Position numbers and translations under genes: made by a program. Under the pieces are notes generated by a model, which ran no database searches, had not been told where the DNA came from, and was given only the letters and a program-made list of their open reading frames with translations. A DNA stretch of 64,000 nucleotides from Botryllus schlosseri (taxonomy: Eukaryota). The stretch is taken from assembly GCA_051294905.1 (NCBI GenBank), contig CM119372.1, positions 5,520,001 through 5,584,000 of the forward strand, given 5' to 3'. Below, piece by piece: positions 11,030 to 21,910 of this stretch (its first letter is position 1; each line of letters begins with the position of its first letter).

Positions 11030-13466
11030 CTATCCAACTTCAAAAGACGAACGGATCGACGTAGAATTACCGCCGAACCCGCTAATGTCGGGACAATCGC
11101 TTTTAATCGGTGATAGCTTCAATGAAGCTAGATCACGAGTTACAAAGCTCTTCTGGGAAAAAGAGTCAAACGCGATTCTAACCGGTTTACCATCACCATT
11201 GTGGTTGATCCGTCCCAGCGTAGTAGGAAATAATGTGTTTGAATCTAAATCCCGCAATGCAGAGGTGGCAACGTCAGTAGTTGTTACCATACACTTGGAG
11301 TCGATCGATGGTTCCGTAGAAACGTGCAGCAATTTGTGGTGGGTTTTCCCACAACCAGCGGCGGTACAACGCTCCTTGCATTGATGAAAGTGTTTCGGGT
11401 GGCCTTTGTGTCCTTTCGGTGCTAAGCATCTAAAACACACTTTCCCAGGCTTCAAAACCAAGTCAGCCAATCGCTGGGCTGAAGTCAATTTCAAGAATCT
11501 GGAACAATCTTTCAATAGATGAGGTTTGGAGCAGTAGGCACAAGATAATGGAACAAATTGAATGACGAGAGACTGGACTGAAAACGATTGATCAGGCTTC
11601 TCGGTATCACAACTAACCCGTTCATCTCTATGCTGCGACTTATCACAAGTATAAGCAGAGCGGCTTCCATCACGCGACTTATATCCAGATTCCATCGTCA
11701 CCAACTCGGATGTTAGAAACTCAAACAAATGATCAGAATCAGGAACCTCATCGGCTTCGATCAAGGGACTAGTTTTCGTGATCCAACGTTCATGCAACGT
11801 ATACCCGGCAACTCTGGGACTCTAGTACCTGCGTAAAGAGTTGGTCCCGAAAGACGTCATACTGCGATAGAATAGCCCTTTTAGCAGCAGCGGCATCGAG
11901 AATTCGTCGGACTTCGTCGATCTTAATTCGATTCTCACCTTGCAGCAAGTCTTCGATGTGATTTCTTACTATAGCTTGCTTCTTCCCGTGCCTTTTTAAT
12001 AACGGCATCCACTGCAGGCTCATAATTCGCGGCCGTTGAGGGGAAACCATCGAGAAGGCCGGATGACGATCCTTCAAGAGCCGCCTTTAAATACGAGATT
12101 TTGTAGAACCGACTGAACTTTGGATTCTTATGAACAAGCGGCTCGAACGACTACCAAAAGGCAGGAAAGGTCAAAATGTCACCATTGAATGTAGGCGGCA
12201 CTATTCCACTGGGGAGAGAACCGGCGGCTTTGTCAGCTTCCTCAGCAGCTTCAAGTGATGAAGACTTGGATTTGGCAAGAGGAATGTGAACAAAATAAAT
12301 CTATTTTGATCTTTTCTTGCCATCAATGATCTCGGTCTTCAAATCACTATCGTCAAGCTGGTCTATTTTTGAATCCACGAATGTCTTAAGATCGGTCATC
12401 GCTATTTCTACCGACTGTATAAAGACATTGATTTCTTCTACGGAGGTGGAATGCGTATGTTTCTTTTCTAGAGCTTGCAAATAATCCCAGAGTTCGGCAT
12501 TCATGCGTCTGAATTTCCTTAAAATAACCGCAGGTCGACACGAATCTCCAATGTTTGCCGATGGATGGTTGGCGGGCTTCTTGACAGAGTCTTTCAAGAA
12601 CTCGCCCAAGTTGAGTAGGCTTACCATATTTTGGAAATCTAAAAAGAGGACACTTTTTCAGAAGTTTGAGACTTACAAAACCAGAGAAAAATTCTCAAAA
12701 ACCGGTGAATTATTCCCACTTTGTGATCGGTTGACTAAAAAAAAGGTCATCTTACCGCTCAGAGCTCAAAAATACCGTTTTTCTCTCCACATTGCTAGAT
12801 GGATGACTAAAAAAAAAAGGTCAACTTTTCGCTCAGAGCTAAAATCACCGTTTTTTACTCCGAAATACCAGCCGGAGCGTCACTTCTGTGCTAATTTACG
12901 GCATATCACTCGCAATTTGCTCCAAATCTGACCTAAATTTTCAAAAGAAAGGACAAAATCTCAAAACAGAGGACAAAAGGGCGTCCTCCGAGGACACTTT
13001 CAAAAAAGTCAAAAAAGAGGACAAATCCTCTTAAAAGAGGACGTATGGTAACCTTAAAGTTGAATTGGTCTTTCATTAACTCCTGGCGAATTTCTTTCAG
13101 GTTCAGTTGAAACCGTTTTTCGCTTTTATCACGAACTTGTGCCTGTATTCTTTCGGCTTCCTCACGATCCAGCACCTGTCTCTGCTTGAGCTCTTCGAGC
13201 TGCAACTGAAACTTGCGGTCGGCAGCTTCACGATCTAATTGCTGTTGCTGACGATCGAGATCCTGCTGATGCTTCATCATCTGGAAAAGCATAAACAGCT
13301 CAGATGGACTCTCAGTGGTAGCTGGAGAGGAGGACTTCTGCTTGGTTTTCTGTGAAGGCTTGGTCAAATCACGGATTTTCCTTAATCGCTCCGTTAATAC
13401 CGCCTTGCTCCCACTTGTAGTTTCGCCAAGATCTTGTAATTCGGATCGTAAATCGTCGACCGTCAT
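11030..13466 (-). pseudogene. BEL gag-protease pseudogene with N-terminal SAP-like motif, broken by stops, frameshifts and a MITE
   Basis: ORFs 12933-13466 (MTVDDLRSELQDLGETTSGSKAVLTERLRK), 12301-12627, 11790-12077 and 11030-11797 (CAYC..H..C, CFRC..H..C, C...CGKTHHKLLH). Confidence 0.8.
12616..13056. mobile_element. hAT MITE (TAGGCTTACCATA TIR, AAAAGAGGAC repeats) inserted in BEL gag
   Basis: TSD AAGTTGAG/AAGTTGAA; removing it restores the gag frame; same family at 39610-40028 and partially at 42856-43140. Confidence 0.88.
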
Positions 13467-14441
13467 CTTAGCTAATGACTTCCAAGTCGGTGCTAGGGTT
13501 CTAGGGTGCTAGAGACTCGCGGGAATCCGTTGGTGACTTCACAATAGACATCACTCAAAAGTATGGAAACTATATAAGTATTAGCAGATTTAGTGCCAAG
13601 CAGAGTCGATCGATCTTCGTTGGGCAGCAAGAGTCTTGAATGTAGACTAATACCATACGGTGCCTGAATTGAAGAGCGTATCGAAGATATCGGCTTTAAA
13701 TGGGCTTCTTGGGAATTGTTCCGACGCGTCACTGAAGTCAATGAGTGGCGCTTTGTCAGGTGTCGGATCCTGTCTGCTGTACACTAAATCTGGCTCGGAC
13801 TAGACAAACCGTTGCGTATCAAATCTTCTTCTGATCTTAAATTCAAGCAGTCCAAACGAATTATACTGAAACGGCTTGTTCAGAATAAAGACATGTAAAT
13901 GGTGGGATTCGCAAGATTGCTTGTTCGTCCGATAACAGTTGAATGGAGGAAGAAATAGAAGTCACAGAGCAATATAAAGGTAAACGCGAACGGACGATGC
14001 GACAATTCAATCAACCAATCATTAAATCAAACAAGACAATTAAGAGTTGTCGAGGAGAATAACGAAATAACATAATATCTTTGAGTATACGAGATTTGAA
14101 AGTCTGACCAACGTAGTTGAGAATTCATTTCTTACAATCGAACGCTGGTGTTATATCGAAAGTTATCATTCTGTAAACATAAGGATTGATACATTGATGT
14201 GACATATGTAATAGTTGATCATGACTTGATTATTAAATTATTCGCGTTAATTAGACCCGACGTTGTGGTAAAGGTTATTATGACAGCAACGAACGTTTCA
14301 CTACCATGGTTATTAACATGTTGAGTTGTAAAACTATACTTGTCTGAAATGTTCTTGATTGGAAAATTATTCCACCTTGGTACAAATTACTCTGCGTATC
14401 GCGGATATCAGAAAATATTTTACAAATGTAATTGTTTCCAG

Positions 14442-14577
14442 TTACCAAGACTAAAGATGAAACAACAAATTCGTTTGCTGGTCAACAACCGGTACAATAC
14501 ATTATTGTCAGAATCTGTGACAGTGAATTGAAACATACGAACCTTACACAGTACGAAAAAATCACTTTGGACTCCGG
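14442..14577 (+). CDS. Possible additional unit B ectodomain exon (VTKTKDETTNSFAGQQPVQYIIVRICDSELKHTNLTQYEKITLDS)
   Basis: tgtttccag| acceptor, open in phase 1, in non-repetitive sequence. The donor (GG|gtggcg) is weak and there is no paralog in the window. Confidence 0.3.
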
Positions 14578-17411
14578 GTGGCGTCATTTAATCCGTGTTA
14601 AACTATGTTCACACTCTCTGTCGAATGCGCGAAATGTAAAACATTACGAGGCTACACTCTAAGACTTTGATCAGCAAACAAGAAAATAGAGCTATATGCT
14701 TGTTGGATGGATCCTATTCAACCGACCTTGGTTAATAAAAAACTCATAACAATAATAAAATTACAGTATGTGCTACACTGAAATCCACAAAAATGTGTTT
14801 GTATTGCTGTTCATAGTAGTGATATCGATTTGAACCTCCAGAATAATTGTCATCATCTAACCAAACTCCTCACCTGCTCCCAGACGGCATAGTTGCGTCA
14901 CAATACCAAACTCCGTTACGATGCAACATTCGAAGCTGATTTTGGGGGGTTCCAGGACCACGAGCAGAATAGAATTTATATTTTCGCAATTAATACCGCG
15001 ATAGCTTTCGATTGATACCCGTTTTATCAATTTTAATGCTTGGCAAGCCGGTAAAAAATTACCGCCAAATTGCCTTTGACCAAAGGGAAAGTGCGACGTA
15101 GACCTCTTTCACTGAGCCGTGAGATTTGCTTGTGTACACACCTTATAGGACACTATGCTGTGCTCAATCAACTCACGGTGCAATCCCTAATTAACATTTC
15201 AATGTGTTCGATAAGCCTGGTACCCCAAATTTACCAATATATCAATTCATCAGGGCTGAGTAGGTGATGAGATAGCGTCGTTGTTCAACTGTGTGACCTA
15301 TTTTATCTCGATATTAAATTCATGCGGACCGCGGCATCTACGAAATTTGAAAAGTGGCCCACGACCCGTTTTGAGTTGGCGTCCCCTGGCTAAGCGGTGT
15401 CTTACAAAAGCCTACAAGTGTGCCGTGCTACAAGTCGGCGGTTACGGAATCAAAAATTAGAAATATCGGTCTGGTGTAAATGACCATTGTAGTCTACCAA
15501 CACCATGATTACCACAAACGATATTAGGGTTGAGTACATCATAAATGCCGATAATGCAAGTCTTCTCGCTTCGACGAACTTACGTGCAAGCTCCACTCGC
15601 ACGCTGCGCATACAAATAACATACAGTCACTAAAATTTGACGTAGTAAGCAAGTAGTGGGGTATCTCGGCAGACTGTAGCCGCGGGCCACATTATCATAT
15701 AAGACGGAAAACTGTCCGCATGCCGGACAAAATCCCTTCGCTGGCCGGATCCGGCCCGCGGGCCGTATGTTGCCCACCCCTGGTGTAACCCGTGAGAGTG
15801 ACCAATCATCCAGTGATCGTGCGTTTTACTGAGCCTCCATTGTTCTCCCACTAATAAATTGACCGCTAACGAAGTGATCGAAGCTTACAGTTTACGCTGA
15901 CGTAAACTAGCAGAGTAAAGTAATTATATAGCAAAATGTCTATTACTGTTCTCTGTCATTACCTGAACCAAACTTCTTGTTTTATTGAAATTGAATTCGA
16001 ACATAGTCCTCAACCATTGGCGCATGCTAGAATTATATCATATCAATTTGTAAATGAGTGATGTATTGCATCTTATCAATTCGTTTCTCCATTCTCTATT
16101 TTGGCTGGTAACTATAAGCTGAGGCTATGCTATTACTTACGTAGTTTAGCATTTCTACGTATATGTGACCGATGCAGCGCCTTCTTGCGTGTATATTTAA
16201 CTTCATATTCTTTCATCGGTTCAGAATCAATGACCACTCAATCTGTATTTCAGACAGCTAGCAAAATGCAATAACGTAAGCATGCCTCATAGTTCGAAAA
16301 GGCAACTTGACTTGAAATGTGACTTGACTCGTGACTTGACTTGACGTGACTCGAGTCACCTCCAAAAATCTAGTGACTTGACTTGACACGAGTCACCTTC
16401 GAAAATCGATTTACTTTACTTGACTCGAGTCAAAATGTGCAATGACTCGAAATGACTCGTGACTCGAAGGTAGTGACTTGATCCCAACGCTGATAGTACG
16501 TAGATATAGATCATCGGTACGGAATGAATGTTCTGATGATGATGACCGCCGACCGTAAAAATGCCACATGACGATGTGGTCCTGGTTAAAGATATTTTTG
16601 GTCCGTATATGACAGCAGTTCGAAGCCTATTTCGTCAAAGGAGCTGTAATCACCATATATTTTCAATTGGAAATATGAATCCACGATGACGTCATATTTA
16701 ATATGCATGACGTCAAGGCTTAGAAAAAACAAAAACAAAAAATACACGTTTTAAACAAGGGCCTTGTTTTAAATATGTTCGTTTTAAATTGATTTTTGTT
16801 TAAACACAACCCGAGCTGTGTAGCTTTTTTCATTCATTGCAATTTTCACGTCAATTTCTGGTTCAAATTCTTTGCAATTCAACTTCTAGCCACTCCATGC
16901 ATGGCGCTGGCAGCACTAAACGAGCGTGCACCTTGCAGATCTCAAAAATTTTGCTTGCTGTAATACATAAGTTTGTTCGAAATAACCAGATTTGCATTGT
17001 GTGTGTAGTTATGCCAGCCTACACTGCTACACAGGGCAGCATTAACAAAATGCTGCCAGTTTATGTATTCATGGTTTATTCCTTGTAGAAATTAGTAGGA
17101 ATGGTGCAAACCTTTGTAAGATTCTGATTGGCATACTGAATACGTTCGCACCATCCCTAAAAATTGGTACCTCCTCAGATTGACTACTTGCCGACGACCA
17201 TACTGCAAAAGTGAAATCAACAACTCTCCGGCAGACGCAGTCGATGATTGCCAATAATTTGTGATACGCTTACACGTTCTAAAGGCACTTTTTGTCGGAT
17301 GATTCGGACATGAAGTGTCGGATAACGAAGCTCTAACGTTTATATATTTGCAGAAACCGGCGGAACACTCGGGAATTCAAAAGAAGAATTTAATATTGGT
17401 ATGCTCTAAAT

Positions 17412-18185
17412 CAGGGGTCGCCAACTCAAAACGGGTCGCGGGCCACTTTTCAAATTTCGTAGTGGCCGCGGGCCGCATGAAGTCACTGTCGATATAAAGT
17501 AGGCAAACACGTTTTAAAACTCTACGTCAGTACAACACTGTGCTACCTAACATAGGAGATGGCGATAGTGACCACAAAAGAAGTAATATTTTATTAAACA
17601 AATGAAAATACAACAAAAGATCACTGTCACCAATTTCATTTTATTTTGTACCTGGAACGCTTTTGGGGGGCTGGGGAGATACGTTACTAGCTGAAAAACT
17701 ATCTCCTCGTAAAGCTTGATCTTGTGGAGGAGTCCTAAGCCAGTGGTTCTCAAACCTTTTTAGATATGCCCCCTTTATGATACTGAAAATTTGGTCCCCT
17801 CCCCCTTATCGTCATATCACAAAATGCATCCATAATGCTAGCAAACGGATAGTTTGAGAGAATGTTGATGAGAGATATCTATAATATGAATTCAGGACTA
17901 TAGCCTACACAGAGCAATAACTATAACCATGAATTCGAGGTAAATCGCGCCGAGCGCGAAACATTTTCAGTTGACCACAGCTCCGCGCCCCCTTCAGATG
18001 CTTTGACGCCTCCACAAGGGGAAGTGCCCCCCAGTTTCAGAACCACAGCCCTAAGCCGTTTTCTATTCGTCTCAATCTTGGCAGTGTTTCGGCCATTGCA
18101 CGTCAATTTCAGCATTTCCAAATGTTTTCTTAGCTTTCTTCCGAAATCTCAAATCAAGTTGCGGGCCGCGTGTTGGTGACCCCTG
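17412..18185. mobile_element. hAT MITE (CAGGGGTC TIR) containing nested MITE 17741-18048
   Basis: Perfect TSD CTCTAAAT; inner element CAGTGGTTCT...AGAACCACAG with TSD TCCTAAGC/CCCTAAGC. Confidence 0.85.
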
Positions 18186-18199
18186 CTCTAAATCATAAC

Positions 18200-18471
18200 G
18201 AGCGAGATCGTGCAATGGTTGTGCGCCCGGCTTCTCGATCGGTAGGTCGTGGGTTCGATCCCCGGCCGGGTCAGACCAAAGACTCTAAAAACTGGTATCC
18301 ACGGCTATCCTGCTAGGCGCTCAGCAATCACGGATAGCATGGAGGAGAAAAAAACCGGGGGGTGCAGACTAGATGACCTTACTAAAAAGGCCGTATCGCA
18401 TCTCCGTCGTCAAAGCATCTCGATGGCGCAGGCGAAAAAGAATACCATGTCTCTCTCTCTCTCTCTCTCTC
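18200..18471 (+). mobile_element. tRNA-derived SINE with (TC)n tail
   Basis: A-box-like head, B-box GGTTCGATCCC, central GGTCAGACCAAAGACTCTAAAAACTGGT..CTGCTAGGCGCTCAGCA resembling conserved animal SINE core domains (from memory), microsatellite tail. Confidence 0.75.
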
Positions 18472-18610
18472 ATGCATATATTACGGAAAATAACGTACCG
18501 TGAATTCGCACCGTGCATTATTTCCAAAATCCAATCGTAGCGCTAAAAGCATGTACGTACCGTAAGGTATCAGTTCCTTGCCTGTAATCCCCGGTTCCCT
18601 TTCATTGCAG

Positions 18611-18692
18611 TGGTGCTAATTGCGATTCCTGTGACATTGATATTGGTGATAGTACCGTTGAGTCTATTGGTCGCGTGGTGTCTCAGTCTCAG
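18611..18692 (+). CDS. Unit B transmembrane exon (VVLIAIPVTLILVIVPLSLLVAWCLSLR)
   Basis: ttccctttcattgcag| acceptor, CAG|gtaact donor; phase 1 in, phase 2 out; about 25 uncharged, mostly hydrophobic residues. Phases match the stalk exon upstream and the tail exon downstream. Confidence 0.8.
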
Positions 18693-18837
18693 GTAACTTT
18701 TGCATAGCGACATGAAGAATATGATATAGTGTAAAATGGGGGGAAATATTTTACAGACGCAAAACTCATGAACAAACCTCTGATCGATCATGCTCAAGGT
18801 GTGTATACTTTATATTTATTTGCTATTACCTCTATAC

Positions 18838-20018
18838 CAGTGGTTCTCAAACTTTTCAAAAAATTCTCAAAGCAGTCCCTTGAGAATTTTTTACAGGACT
18901 GGGACTTACGGTGTCAATATGACAGGTGTAGGCCTAGTCGACATGCAACTCTACTATCGTCAATCATATTAAACTGGTTCAAATTCGCATTCAACCACCG
19001 AAGACGGTGGTCTTTGCCCCCATAGGGTGATCAACCCAATCTCTGGGAACGAATCCTTCTGACCCCTGTTAATTCCAACACTACCATTTATACAACCGAT
19101 TACCAAACGGAATTACGCGATTCGCGAACGAACCGAAATAGCTAACGGCAAACGCAAGACCTATTAATTTGTTTCTATCTGCTTAGTACGCACCAACCAG
19201 TGTTACGAATATTAGTATGCAGCTATTTTCTTGTCGCGTGAAACGCGAATATCTTTTCAACAAAAAAATAATTGCTTTGTCGAAGCATATGCTTATTTCG
19301 TGAACTCAAGTAATGATTGTCGCTACGCGAAAGATATTGCAATCGCTCACACGCACCAGACTGGACGAAAGGAAAAAGTCCTTTTCAATTTGCATTCCAT
19401 TTCCAACACGGAGAGCATCATTTTCTTCCTAGAGTCGCATTTCTTCCGCGCAGGGCTTAGATCAGCACTATTCGATGCTTCAACATATCAATTTCGAATA
19501 TTCCGGAGAACATTCGGTGATAATGTTGGGCCACGATTTTATCGCTAGTGATCTTTTCGACAGCGCTGTCGTAAAGTTGCATGTTGGCCAAACCTTCACA
19601 TGTCTTGCTGTGTCCTGGCGCGGAAATTGTCAGCGCCGAAATGCGGATGATGCCCTCGCAGGCTTGGCTCGGCTAAAGTATTTCAAGCGATGCTTTCATA
19701 ATTGAGAATACATGTGGACTTATTTCAGAATAAATATGCGTGTTTTGTTCGGGGGTGGGTATAATACGCATAATAAAATCATGGAATGAAGTGACAATGA
19801 AGCACGCCTCAATTCGGCACCAAACTACTCTACTTTATGTTGAATAACGATACAATATCTGGCCACCATCGAGTTCGTTCTAAAAACAAGTTGCCTGAAA
19901 TTTTTATATTCCAATGTTCTTTTTCTGGATTGTTTGATTTTTTGGAACGTGCTTCGCGGTCCTCAAAAATTATGTCGCGGACCCAACAAGACTGTGGACT
20001 CCAGTCTGAGAACCACTA
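18838..20018. mobile_element. Non-autonomous hAT (Charlie-like) element; diverged related copy at about 20640-21668
   Basis: TIR CAGTGGTTCTCA...TGAGAACCACTA, TSD CTCTATAC/GTCTATAC; about 1 kb of diverged direct similarity to 20640-21668. Confidence 0.7.
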
Positions 20019-21765
20019 GTCTATACCGATTTTCCTGGTCAATGACCAGTAGAGCTGTTCAAAAACGACTATTTTTACAAATATTACTGGATAATTGATT
20101 AAATAGTTAGGTTACCTAAAAACTCCGCAAACCAATTTGGGCTCAATTCCTACCTAGTGGCGTTGCTATAAGAGTAAAAAGTTTTGGATTTATTCAATAA
20201 AAAATAGACGTTTTTTCAAATTTTACTGGTTACCCCATGGAATTGTTACATTGTCTGAAAAAACAATGCACAACAAATTTGATTTAAAAGGAACCAGTAT
20301 AATCGAAGTTATGTATTTTAAAATTTGAGATTTCAAATCATGGTATTTACGGTGGGTAGTCCAATAAAAAATAACTAAAGAATTTGCCACTGTAAATACT
20401 ATTTTTTCCAAATCCGAAATTCTGTTCTCCGATAACTCTGTTTGCACTGGTTGGAATTGTACCAAATTTGTTGTGCATCGTTTTTTCGGACAACGTAACA
20501 ATTTCAATACGTTTGATACCATAGTGGTAATTCGACAGGTGTAGCCGATTTTTGGGACCAGCTCGGCTATGTTTGTTTGCGTTTTTGAGAACGAAACTTT
20601 AATATCATGAATCACATCCATCCGGTTCGAATTCTCTTTCAACCCCCGGAAACGTTGGTCTTGGCATAATCTCTGGGGGAAGAACCCTTCATACTCATTT
20701 TATCTATACGAGTAACTTGATCATTAGCCTTTATAAATCCGATTCACAAATGGTATTACGAGATTCACGAACGAGCCGAAAGATAGCTAACGGCAATCGC
20801 AAAACATATTAATCTGTATCCCTCGTCTTAGTAAGCACAAGCCAGGGTGCAGTGACTTTCTTGTCGCGCGAAGCACGAATCTAGGAGAGTGAATTTTGTC
20901 AATACGAATAGTTGCGTTGTTGAAGGATGTTGTTATTTCGGGAACTCAGGTATTATTTTCGCTGCCCGAAAGATATTGGAATCGCTCACGCGTACCAGAC
21001 TAAACTAAAGGAAAAATTCCTTTTCAATTCGCATTTCAACACCAGGAGCATTATTTTCCTCTCCGAAGCGCATTTGTAGCGCGGGGCTTAGATTAGGACT
21101 ATCGGGTTCCGGGTATTTCGGTGCCTGAACATATCAATATCGAAGGTTCCACCCAACATGCGATGATAATTTTGGGACATGGCTTTATTACGAAAGGCGA
21201 CGTTCTTCTGGTGACGTTGCATGTTTGCCAAACCTGTATATGTCATGGTGTGTGCTGGCGTGGAAATGGTCAGCGCCAAAATGCCCGTGATGCACCCGAA
21301 GGTCTACCTCCTCCAGTGATGCTCTCATGATTGCGAATACAGGTAAAGCTATTGTAAAAATATGCGTATTCGTTTAGGGAGTGGGTATAGGCTACGCGAA
21401 ATAAAACCAATAAACACATATAGTGACAGTAAAGTAGGTGAAGCGCGATTAAAAGCGCATATTTCTGCACCAAAATAGCCTACTCTATTTTCTGTTGATT
21501 ACCGATATCGTGTCGAGCCACAATGGAGTTTGGTTTAAAAATAAGTTCCCTGAACTTTCTTTCTATTATTTTTTCTGGATCATTTGAATTCTTGGAACGT
21601 GCATCGCGGTCCTAGAAAATATCTCGCTGACCCAACAAGGACCTGTGACCACAGTTTGAGAATGACCCCTCTATGCCATAAATACGAAACGAACATAGCG
21701 CAATAAAGTTGTAGATAAAGCGATGAGTTTAGTTATTTATTTCTACACTTTCTTACCTGCTGCAG

Positions 21766-21910
21766 AATGGTTGACACACACGACTGTGATTACGAGTATC
21801 CGAGTAACAATGGATGTATGATGTATGAAACAAGTCTGCAGACGGATTGCCAACAGGCGGCATATGATAATCCGACGAACAAATTAGCTGAAGCTGCACA
21901 CTATGAGTAA
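21766..21910 (+). CDS. Unit B terminal cytoplasmic exon (MVDTHDCDYEYPSNNGCMMYETSLQTDCQQAAYDNPTNKLAEAAHYE*)
   Basis: Pyrimidine-rich tract and ctgcag| acceptor; phase 2 completes AG|A (Arg) with the TM exon; five Tyr in acidic contexts; TAA stop. Confidence 0.75.

Larger units (their letters stand above)
10380..14072 (-). mobile_element. Degenerate non-autonomous BEL/Pao LTR retrotransposon (gag plus protease start, pol deleted), antisense in a unit B intron
   Basis: Direct repeats at about 10605-10945 and 13719-14060; minus-strand PPT GGGGGAG followed by TGTT at 10982. Gag fragments include a DUF1759-like PPTFNGDILTFPAFW, three BEL-type Cys-His knuckles and protease-like FDSFSQKSFVT. Outer ends approximate. 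Confidence 0.85.

Noticed and set aside
18200..18275. tRNA gene
   Set aside because: The tRNA-like head continues into a SINE body and (TC)n tail; no convincing full cloverleaf.
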